Of a stretch of DNA of 64,000 bases, positions 22,230-29,222 are shown in pieces. The notes under the pieces are model-generated. The model did no database searches. It saw only the letters and a list, made by a program, of their open reading frames with translations, and had not been told where the DNA came from. The stretch comes from Candidatus Saganbacteria bacterium. Its GTDB lineage: Bacteria > Margulisbacteria > WOR-1 > O2-12-FULL-45-9 > XYB2-FULL-48-7. The stretch covers positions 2,376 through 66,375 of the forward strand of contig JAFGHC010000039.1 in assembly GCA_016939335.1 (NCBI GenBank), in the 5' to 3' direction. The position numbers and the translations under genes were made by a program. The first letter of the stretch is position 1. Each line of letters opens with the position of its first letter.

Positions 22230-22741
22230 TGGGCGAGCACCCGCTGGTCCAGCTGGCCAGAAGGACGATCGAAAAATATATCCGCGAAGGTTTGGTGCTT
22301 GAAACGCCGGCGGAGCCGACGCCGGAAATGAAGGAGCGGGCGGGCGTTTTCGTTTCGCTCCACCGCCGCGGCGAACTGCGCGGCTGTATCGGCACGTTCC
22401 AGCCGGCGGCGGAGAACGTTGCCAAGGAGATCATTAACAACGCGATCGAGGCGGCGACGCGCGACCCGCGCTTCCCGCCGCTCACGCCGGCCGAGCTGGC
22501 GGACCTGGAAATTTCGGTCGACGTCCTGGGCCGGCCCGAACCGGTCGCTTCGCAAGCCGAGCTTGACCCGAAGCAATACGGCTGTATCGTCCGGGCCGGC
22601 GCCCGCCGCGGGCTGCTCCTCCCCGACCTGCCGGGGGTGGAGACGGCCGGCCAGCAGATCGCCAGCTGCAAGGCGAAGGCCGGCATCCCGGAGCGGGACG
22701 AAGTGGAACTGTACAGGTTCGAAGTTAAGCGCTATCATTGA
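22229..22741 (+). CDS. AmmeMemoRadiSam system protein A (AMMECR1 domain)
   Basis: [19 protein letters not shown] core with a conserved Cys; 170 aa; start overlaps the stop of the Memo gene. Confidence 0.75.
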   Translation: MGEHPLVQLARRTIEKYIREGLVLETPAEPTPEMKERAGVFVSLHRRGELRGCIGTFQPAAENVAKEIINNAIEAATRDPRFPPLTPAELADLEISVDVLGRPEPVASQAELDPKQYGCIVRAGARRGLLLPDLPGVETAGQQIASCKAKAGIPERDEVELYRFEVKRYH

Positions 22742-22744
22742 GAC

Positions 22745-22865
22745 AAAGTCAAAATTAAAAAGTCAAAAGTCAAAAGTGCAATTCAAAAGTAAAAAGTTGA
22801 CGAGCGTGGGTAAATTTTGAATTTTTACTTGTAATTTTGAATTTTTACTTTTGACTTTTGAATTA
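22745..22865. repeat. family-3 inverted repeat built from TCAAAAG and CAAAAGTAAAAA units
   Basis: Left arm AAGTCAAAATTAAAAAGTCAAAAGTCAAAAGTGCAATTCAAAAGTAAAAAG. The right arm is its near reverse complement (TAAATTTTGAATTTTTACTTGTAATTTTGAATTTTTACTTTTGACTTTTGAATT). AT-rich island in a GC-rich intergenic region. Confidence 0.7.
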
Positions 22866-22905
22866 GAAGGCCGTATCTTATGTTAAAGGGGAGTCGATGT
22901 AAGCT

Positions 22906-23958
22906 ATGTTGAAAGTTGGTATTATCGGGGCGGGCGGCTACGCCGGGGCGACGCTGATCAATCTTTTGCTGCGCCACCCGGAAGCCGCGATCGTCTGGCT
23001 GATGTCGGAGGACGCGCACCAGGGGAAAAAGATCGCCGATCTCTATCCGCATTTGACGGGGCAACTCAACCTCGCCTGCCAGACGCTGGCCGACCTTGAC
23101 AAGAATTTAAGCTCCATTGATCTCGTTTTCCTGGCCCTGCCGCACGGCATCGCTATTAATTATGTCCCCAGGATCATTGACGCCGGCAAGCGGGTCGTCG
23201 ACCTCGGGGCCGATTACCGCTTCGCCGACAACGCCGTCTTTAAAAAATGGTACGGCCTCGAGCACGCGACGGAAAAATATTTAAAACAGGCGGTCTTCGG
23301 CCTGCCCGAGCTCTACCGCGCCGAGATCAAGAAGACAAAGCTCGTCGGCAACCCCGGCTGTTATCCGACCGCCGCGATCCTCGGCGCGGCGCCGCTCGTG
23401 AAGCACGGCCTGGTCGAGCTCGATTCGCTCATCGTCGACGCCAAATCGGGCGTTTCCGGCGCGGGGCGCGGCGTCTCGCTCAAGGCCCACTTCTGCGAGC
23501 GGAACGAGGGGCTCGAGGCTTACGCCGTCACCACCCACCGCCATATGGGGGAGATAGAATATCAGATCAGCAGAATATCAGGGGGCCAGATAAACGTAAC
23601 GTTCGTCCCCCACCTGACGCCGATGACGCGCGGGATTTTGGCGACGATCTATGCCAAAGTCAAAAGTCAAAAGTCAAAAGTCAAAAATGAGGAATTAACG
23701 CAATTATATAAAGATTTTTATAAGGGCGAGCCGTTTGTCCGGGTCTTTGACGATAAATTGCCTAACACCAAGTTCGTGGCGGGGACCAATTATTGCGACA
23801 TCGGCGTGCAGTACAACGAAGCGACCGGGCAGGTGATCGTCATTTCGGCGATCGATAACCTCGTGAAAGGCGCGGCCGGCCAGGCCGTCCAGAACATGAA
23901 CCTTCTCTGCGGCTTCCCGGAAACGACTGCGCTCCAGCAGCTCGCCGTCTACCCATGA
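22906..23958 (+). CDS. argC: N-acetyl-gamma-glutamyl-phosphate reductase
   Basis: MLKVGIIGAGGYAG Rossmann N-terminus and catalytic GNPGCYPTA motif. An in-frame AAGTCAA x4 tract lies at 23656-23688. Confidence 0.9.
   Translation: MLKVGIIGAGGYAGATLINLLLRHPEAAIVWLMSEDAHQGKKIADLYPHLTGQLNLACQTLADLDKNLSSIDLVFLALPHGIAINYVPRIIDAGKRVVDLGADYRFADNAVFKKWYGLEHATEKYLKQAVFGLPELYRAEIKKTKLVGNPGCYPTAAILGAAPLVKHGLVELDSLIVDAKSGVSGAGRGVSLKAHFCERNEGLEAYAVTTHRHMGEIEYQISRISGGQINVTFVPHLTPMTRGILATIYAKVKSQKSKVKNEELTQLYKDFYKGEPFVRVFDDKLPNTKFVAGTNYCDIGVQYNEATGQVIVISAIDNLVKGAAGQAVQNMNLLCGFPETTALQQLAVYP
23656..23688 (+). repeat. tandem heptanucleotide tract (AAGTCAA x4) inside the argC coding sequence
   Basis: AAAGTCAAAAGTCAAAAGTCAAAAGTCAAAAAT encodes KVKSQKSKVK in frame. 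The same heptamer builds the intergenic family-3 repeats at 16621 and 22745. Confidence 0.75.
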
Positions 23959-25061
23959 GCATCACCGCGCCGGAGGGCTTTACCGCGGCGGCGCTCGCCG
24001 CCGGCATCAAACAGTCGGGCAACCTCGACCTCGCCCTCATTTATTCCGAGGCGCCGGCGGCGGTCGCCGGAGTTTTTACCGGCAATAAATTCAAGGCGGC
24101 GCCCGTTCTTATTTCGCGGAAGCACATCAAGTCCGGTCTCTGCCAGGCGATCATCGCGAACGCCGGCTGCGCCAACTGCGGCACCGGCCGGCAGGGCCTG
24201 GCCGACGCCGAACTGATGGCGGCCGAGGCCGCCCGGGCGCTCGGCCTCAAACCGGAACATGTCCTTGTCACCTCGACCGGCTCGATCGGCAAGTTCCTGC
24301 CGATGAAAAATATCGTGCCGGCCATCCGGCCGCTGGCCGCGAAACTCGCGAAAGCGGGCGGGGCGGACGCCGCGCGGGCGATCATGACGACCGACACGCG
24401 CCCGAAGGAGATCGCCGTCAAAGTTGACGGCTACACCGTCGCCGGGATCGCCAAGGGCTCCGGCATGATCCATCCGGATCTGGCGACGATGCACGCCTTT
24501 ATCACCACCGACGCGGCGGTCCCGCGTGCGCTGCTGCAGAAATTCCTCAAGCAGGCGGTCGCCGTTTCGTTCAACATGACGACGGTCGATCAGTGCCAGT
24601 CGACCAACGACTGCGTCTTCGCGCTGGCGAACGGTCTCTCCGGGTCGCGGGTCACGAGTCACGGGTCGCAGGCGCGGTTTTACAAGGCGCTGGCAGCGGT
24701 CTGCGTTTATCTGGCCAAGGAGATCGCGCGCGACGGGGAGGGGGCGACCCAGCTGATCGAAGTACGGGTCAGCGGCGCGCGCAGCGACAAGGAAGCGCGG
24801 CTGGCCGCGCGCGCCATCGCCGGTTCCGATCTTTTGAAATGCGCCGCCTACGGCAGGGACTATAATCCCGGCCGGGTCCTGGCGGCGGCGGGCGCGACCG
24901 GCGTCCGGCTCGATCAGGACCGGATGACCGCTGACATGAAATTCCTTGATAAAGAAACGATCGTTACCTGTGACCTGGGCGTTGGCAAAGCTTCGGCCGT
25001 CGCCTGGGGCTGTGATCTGACCGAAGGGTACATTAAAATAAACGCGGAGTACCATACGTGA
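23955..25061 (+). CDS. argJ: bifunctional glutamate N-acetyltransferase / amino-acid acetyltransferase
   Basis: Autoprocessing motif GMIHPDLATMHAFITTDA (ATM-T) and DGEGATQLIEVRVSGA. Confidence 0.9.
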   Translation: MSITAPEGFTAAALAAGIKQSGNLDLALIYSEAPAAVAGVFTGNKFKAAPVLISRKHIKSGLCQAIIANAGCANCGTGRQGLADAELMAAEAARALGLKPEHVLVTSTGSIGKFLPMKNIVPAIRPLAAKLAKAGGADAARAIMTTDTRPKEIAVKVDGYTVAGIAKGSGMIHPDLATMHAFITTDAAVPRALLQKFLKQAVAVSFNMTTVDQCQSTNDCVFALANGLSGSRVTSHGSQARFYKALAAVCVYLAKEIARDGEGATQLIEVRVSGARSDKEARLAARAIAGSDLLKCAAYGRDYNPGRVLAAAGATGVRLDQDRMTADMKFLDKETIVTCDLGVGKASAVAWGCDLTEGYIKINAEYHT

Positions 25062-25197
25062 ACAATCAAATAACAAACAACAAATTACAGACAATACCAA
25101 ATTGCCGAAATTCTAATGTTCAAAACGGCGCTGTTTATTCACTTTGATCATTGTGATTTAGAAATTGTTTGTTATTTGATGCTTGTTATTTGTTATT
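25062..25197. repeat. family-2 AT-rich MITE-like element, copy A
   Basis: Terminal inverted repeats CAAATAACAAACAA ... TTGTTTGTTATTTGATGCTTGTTATTTGTTATTT. An internal GTTTGTTATTTGATGCTTGT 20-mer and ATACCAAATT are identical to copy B at 41323-41455. Confidence 0.7.
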
Positions 25198-25217
25198 TAT
25201 GAGGAATGGAGGCATGA

Positions 25218-26084
25218 ATGTTTAAGCATCTGATCAGACGCGCTAACGCGGTCCTGGAAGCTCTGCCGTACCTGACCAAGTTCAACGGCAAGACGATCGT
25301 CGTTAAATACGGCGGCGCGGCGATGCAGAGCGACGAGCTCAAACAGGGAGTGATCCAGGATATCGTCCTGCTCAAGATGTGCGGCATGGAGCCGATTCTT
25401 GTCCACGGCGGCGGCCCCGAGATCAACAAGTACCTGCGCAAGAAGGGGATCGAGCCGAAGTTCGTCGGCGGTTACCGCGTCACCGATAAGGAGACGATGA
25501 AGATCGTCCAGAAAGTGCTCGGCGAAAAGATCAACCAGCAGATCGTTTCGCTGATCAAAAAAGCGGGCGGCAAGGCCAAGGGGTTCTACGGCAAAAAGGG
25601 CCGCGTGATCAAAGCTTTCAAATACTGGAAGAAGGATGCCGAGGGGAACAAGCTCGACCTCGGCTTCACCGGCCAGGTCGGCGGCATCCGCTACCGCTAT
25701 CTCAACAAGTGGATGAAGCTCGGCTACATCCCGGTGCTGACCTCGATCGGGGTGGGGAAGCGCGGCGGCATCTACAATATAAATGCCGACAAGGCGGCGG
25801 CGGCGATCGCCGCCTACCTCAAGGCGGAAAAGCTGATCATGATGACCGACGTGCAAGGGGTCCTGGAGGGCGGCAAGCTGGTCTCCGAGCTGAACACCTA
25901 CCGGGCGGAGAAGATGATCAGGCAGGGCTCGATCTCCGGCGGCATGATCCCCAAGGTCAAGTCGTGCCTCTACGCCCTGCGCAAAGGGGTCAAGACCGCG
26001 CACATCATCGACGGCCGCCTGCCGCACTCGATCCTCCTCGAGCTCTTCACCGACCACGGCATCGGCACGATGGTAAGGAAATAG
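25218..26084 (+). CDS. argB: acetylglutamate kinase
   Basis: KTIVVKYGGAAM N-terminus; 288 aa. The 3' end is duplicated downstream (see the insertion finding). Confidence 0.9.
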   Translation: MFKHLIRRANAVLEALPYLTKFNGKTIVVKYGGAAMQSDELKQGVIQDIVLLKMCGMEPILVHGGGPEINKYLRKKGIEPKFVGGYRVTDKETMKIVQKVLGEKINQQIVSLIKKAGGKAKGFYGKKGRVIKAFKYWKKDAEGNKLDLGFTGQVGGIRYRYLNKWMKLGYIPVLTSIGVGKRGGIYNINADKAAAAIAAYLKAEKLIMMTDVQGVLEGGKLVSELNTYRAEKMIRQGSISGGMIPKVKSCLYALRKGVKTAHIIDGRLPHSILLELFTDHGIGTMVRK

Positions 26085-26092
26085 GGGGCAAG

Positions 26093-26284
26093 ATGACTTG
26101 GCTGTCTAAAATACTTCATCGCAGTGGCCGGCCCCAAATTCCGGTTGGCATTTCCCCGAAGCCGAGTATTGATAGCCCAAATTGTCCGCGCTCATTTCTG
26201 GAGGAACGCTATCTGAGCGATGGACGACATTTTAGTATTGCCCAAAGGATTACGAGTAACCCGACAGTAGTGGCAAATGATTAA
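26093..26284 (+). CDS. small hypothetical protein (63 aa), first gene of the inserted cassette
   Basis: ATG 3 nt after the argB-end direct repeat. Lower GC. Stop overlaps the next ATG (aaATGAttaa). Confidence 0.4.
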   Translation: MTWLSKILHRSGRPQIPVGISPKPSIDSPNCPRSFLEERYLSDGRHFSIAQRITSNPTVVAND

Positions 26285-26870
26285 CAAGGCTTCGATCAGC
26301 CGGGGTCAGGGGGAGTTGGCCGATCTGGCCCGCAGCCCGATCCATGATGTGAAAATACCGGTGGCCAAGAATTCAGCGGCAGGCGGCGATACACTACGAG
26401 AACTGGCGGTTGCGGCTGAGAAAGAGTTGCAGGATGTTAAATTGCCTGACTGGCAGGCCTGGCAGAAAGAGCCCAACAACAACATCTTAGCGGCTTGCGC
26501 CGCCCATCTGAATACCCCGCCGGATATTTTGGGGAGACTGGTAAAGGGCCCGAACTCGGGACGAATAGCCGTGCTTAATCCCCGGACGCCAGCGCAGGCA
26601 GTAGTTGATTATTTGAAGGCAAATGAGGAAAAGATAGCGGAAACAGAGCTTGGCTTGGCAGATCAATATTTTGTCGATCATTATCCGCTAGAAGAGACCC
26701 TGGTCGATCCAGCGGCGGTAAGGGAAATCGAGTTTTTATTGCAACTGGTCGGATCATTAGATAAGCGCTCGGACAGGCAAGACATTGAACAGAAATTGTC
26801 GACTGAAATGAAAGATCAGTTTGCGCAGCTGCGGCGAATTAATCAGCAAATGCTTGGTTCGCGCGCATAG
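26277..26870 (+). CDS. hypothetical protein (196 aa), second gene of the inserted cassette
   Basis: Translationally coupled to the preceding small ORF. No recognisable motifs. Its stop codon is the first triplet of the second copy of the argB-end repeat. Confidence 0.5.
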   Translation: MINKASISRGQGELADLARSPIHDVKIPVAKNSAAGGDTLRELAVAAEKELQDVKLPDWQAWQKEPNNNILAACAAHLNTPPDILGRLVKGPNSGRIAVLNPRTPAQAVVDYLKANEEKIAETELGLADQYFVDHYPLEETLVDPAAVREIEFLLQLVGSLDKRSDRQDIEQKLSTEMKDQFAQLRRINQQMLGSRA

Positions 26871-26900
26871 ACCACGGCATCGGCACGATGGTACGCAAAT

Positions 26901-27045
26901 AGGGGGCGGGACAAAAGGCAAGTAAGGGCAAGTGAGGGCGGAACAAACGGTGGGAAAGAGAAAAAGGGCGCCCTTTGTTCCGCCTTTTGTTTTGCCCTTT
27001 CCCCCTTTCCTTGCCCTCCCTTGCCCTTTGTTCCGCCCTTTCCCT
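26901..27045. repeat. family-5 purine-rich / pyrimidine-rich palindromic repeat
   Basis: GGGGGCGGGACAAAAGGCAAGTAAGGGCAAGTGAGGGCGGAACAAACGG ... GGGCGCC ... CCTTTGTTCCGCCTTTTGTTTTGCCCTTTCCCCCTTTCCTTGCCCTCCCTTGCCCTTTGTTCCGCCCTTTCCC. Central hairpin GGCGGAACAAA / TTTGTTCCGCC. Confidence 0.6.
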
Positions 27046-27089
27046 AATTCCCTGAAATTTCCCGGCCCCCCTGCCGAAGAATAACTGTT

Positions 27090-27608
27090 ATGGCATATAT
27101 GCGAATAGTCAGGGGGGATTCGGGAGACGCGATATTCCAGGCCAGGGCCGAGAGGTATTTCAATAGTTCGCGCTTTCCTCTGAACATGAAACATGAAGTG
27201 CTGGCCCTCTTCATGGGCAGGTGCCTGAATATCTCGAACTCTCCCCGTAGCGCCGTCCATCTGACCGGCGAGACCGTGGAGTCGCTGTCACGCAAATTTC
27301 CCGTAAGCCACCACGCCTTTGCCCAGACGGTACTGCTTGGCCCGGCAGACGGCTTTCTTTTTGAAATAACGCAGGCGGAATGGACCTTGAACCGGCACTG
27401 TTCTCTCTTTTCTTTACGGTTGCAGTATTCAAGCGGCGCCGACCTGGCCAAACCCCGGCAGGCCGCAGAAGTCGATTGGCCGGCGGTAGTAGCGAACCTC
27501 CGCGCTTACGTCATGTCTCGCATTCCGGAGTATTTGCGTTCCCAGACCCAGGCTTACTTCGAGGTTGAAAACAACGCCATCGATGGCCTGCTGATCGTCC
27601 CCCGCTAA
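27090..27608 (+). CDS. hypothetical protein
   Basis: 172-aa ORF with GC-rich codon usage; no recognisable motifs. Confidence 0.45.
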   Translation: MAYMRIVRGDSGDAIFQARAERYFNSSRFPLNMKHEVLALFMGRCLNISNSPRSAVHLTGETVESLSRKFPVSHHAFAQTVLLGPADGFLFEITQAEWTLNRHCSLFSLRLQYSSGADLAKPRQAAEVDWPAVVANLRAYVMSRIPEYLRSQTQAYFEVENNAIDGLLIVPR

Positions 27609-27614
27609 AAACTT

Positions 27615-27790
27615 TCTTCAACCACCCAACCCCTCTCCCCCTGGGAGAGGGCGTAAACGACAAAATATTGTATGACGAGAAATTGGGTGAGGGCTGTTCG
27701 CTTCTCCAGCTTCACCGCCTTTCCCCTCTCCCTCTGGGAGAGGGGGGCCGGTTTGTGTAAGCGGGTGAGGGCTGTCTCAAAGTGCCGCTA
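27615..27790. repeat. tandemly duplicated ~85-bp unit, each copy with a CCCCTCTCCC..GGGAGAGGG hairpin and a GGGTGAGGGCTGT motif
   Basis: Hairpins at 27630-27653 and 27723-27747; GGGTGAGGGCTGT at about 27685 and about 27764. Lies between the convergent 27090 gene and gltX. The hairpins are not followed by T-runs. Confidence 0.5.
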
Positions 27791-29207
27791 TCGCCTTGTC
27801 CAGCCTCGCGCCGACCTTCTCTTTCCCCAGAATGGCGACCACATCGTACATCGGCGGGGTTTCGGCGCGGCCGGAGAGGGCGAGGCGGCACGGGTGGATG
27901 ACGGCGCCGAGTTTCAGCTTCATCTCTTCTGCCAGAGTTTTGAAAACCGGCTCGATCTTCTCTTTGGCGAAAGGCTCAAGCGCGGCCAGGCGGTCCTTCA
28001 AAGTCGTCAGGATAACTTTTGCGTTCGCCGTCTTAAAATGCTTCTCGGCCGCCTTGGGGTCATATTCAAAATCATCTTTAAAGAAATAAGCCGAGAGCCC
28101 GACGATCTCGGGGATGAGGACCAGCCGGTCCTGGAAGACCGCGACGACTTTTTTCATGTACGCCAGGTCGTGCCTGCCGTAAGCGTCGATGAGGAGCGGT
28201 TCGCACAGGTCGAAGAGCCGCTCCGGCAGCAGCTTGCGGATATACTGGCCGTTCAGCCACTTGAGCTTTTCCATGTCGAAGACCGCCGGGTTCTTCGTCA
28301 CCCCGTCGAGCGAAAAGAACTCGATCAGCTCCTGCCGGGAAAAGACCTCCTGGTCGCCGTGCCCCCAGCCGAGCCGGGCGATGTAATTGATCATCGCTTC
28401 GGGCAGATATCCCAGGCCGTTGTACTCGATGACCGAGGTCGCGCCGTGCCGCTTCGACAGCCGCGCTTTGTCCCGGCCGAGGATCATCGGCAGGTGGGCG
28501 AATTTGGGGAGCGCCCAGCCGAACGCCTGGTATAATAAAATTTGGCGCGGCGTGTTGGAAAGATGGTCGTCCCCGCGGATGACGTGCGAGATTTCCATCA
28601 GGTGGTCGTCGACCACGCAGGCGAAATTGTAGGTCGGGAAGCCGTCCGACTTCAAGATGACGAAGTCGTCGAGCACTTCGTTCTGGAAAACGACCCGCCC
28701 GCGGACCAGGTCGTCGACCGCCGTCTCGCCGACCGGCGGCAGCCGGAACCGGATGACGTACGGCGTCCCGGCGGCCAGTTTGGCCTTGAGCTCTTCGGCG
28801 GAGCGTTTGCGGCAGGTGCCGTCGTAGCGCGGCGCCTCTTTTCTGGCTTCGGCTTCTTTCCGGCGCTGCGCTAGCTCTTCCGCCGTGCAGAAACAGTAGT
28901 AGGCTTTGCCTTCGTCGACCAATTGTTGCGCGTATTTCTGGTGGAGCGCCAATCTTTCCGTTTGGTAATAGGGGCCGAATGGGCCGCCGGTGTTGGGACC
29001 TTCGTCCCAGTCGATCCCCAGCCATTCGAGGCCGTGAAAGATCGCTTTGTTGGCCTCAAGCGTCGAGCGCTCCCGGTCGGTGTCCTCGATCCGCAGGATG
29101 AACTTGCCGTTCAGGTGGCGGGCGAAGAGCCAATTGAAGAGCGCGGTCCGCGCGCCGCCGATGTGCAGGGCGCCGGTGGGGCTGGGTGCAAAGCGTACTC
29201 GTACCAT
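27777..29207 (-). CDS. gltX: glutamate--tRNA ligase
   Basis: MVRVRFAPSPTGALHIGGARTALFNWLFARH (HIGH motif) and KLSKRHG (KMSKS). Confidence 0.9.
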   Translation of the reverse strand: MVRVRFAPSPTGALHIGGARTALFNWLFARHLNGKFILRIEDTDRERSTLEANKAIFHGLEWLGIDWDEGPNTGGPFGPYYQTERLALHQKYAQQLVDEGKAYYCFCTAEELAQRRKEAEARKEAPRYDGTCRKRSAEELKAKLAAGTPYVIRFRLPPVGETAVDDLVRGRVVFQNEVLDDFVILKSDGFPTYNFACVVDDHLMEISHVIRGDDHLSNTPRQILLYQAFGWALPKFAHLPMILGRDKARLSKRHGATSVIEYNGLGYLPEAMINYIARLGWGHGDQEVFSRQELIEFFSLDGVTKNPAVFDMEKLKWLNGQYIRKLLPERLFDLCEPLLIDAYGRHDLAYMKKVVAVFQDRLVLIPEIVGLSAYFFKDDFEYDPKAAEKHFKTANAKVILTTLKDRLAALEPFAKEKIEPVFKTLAEEMKLKLGAVIHPCRLALSGRAETPPMYDVVAILGKEKVGARLDKAIAAL

Positions 29208-29222
29208 GTATAATATTCTATC

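Noticed and set aside
23656-23688. Possible CRISPR-like or phase-variation array (heptamer direct repeats)
   Set aside because: The units are 7 nt with no spacers, so this is not a CRISPR array. They are kept as a repeat/slippage finding instead. Phase variation remains speculative because the tract is inside essential argC.
24640-24680. GGGTCGCGGGTCACGAGTCACGGGTCGC internal repeat in argJ, with similar GTCGCGAC-type words at 7690-7740 and 32210-32240
   Set aside because: In argJ it encodes a loop of normal length (SGSRVTSHGSQ) and the words are short GC-rich palindromes expected by chance at 63% GC. I could not show a consistent longer consensus across the three sites.
27630-27747. CCCCTCTCCC...GGGAGAGGG hairpins as intrinsic terminators for gltX and the 27090 gene
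   Set aside because: Neither hairpin is followed by a T-tract on either strand, so I list them as a tandem repeat rather than as terminators.
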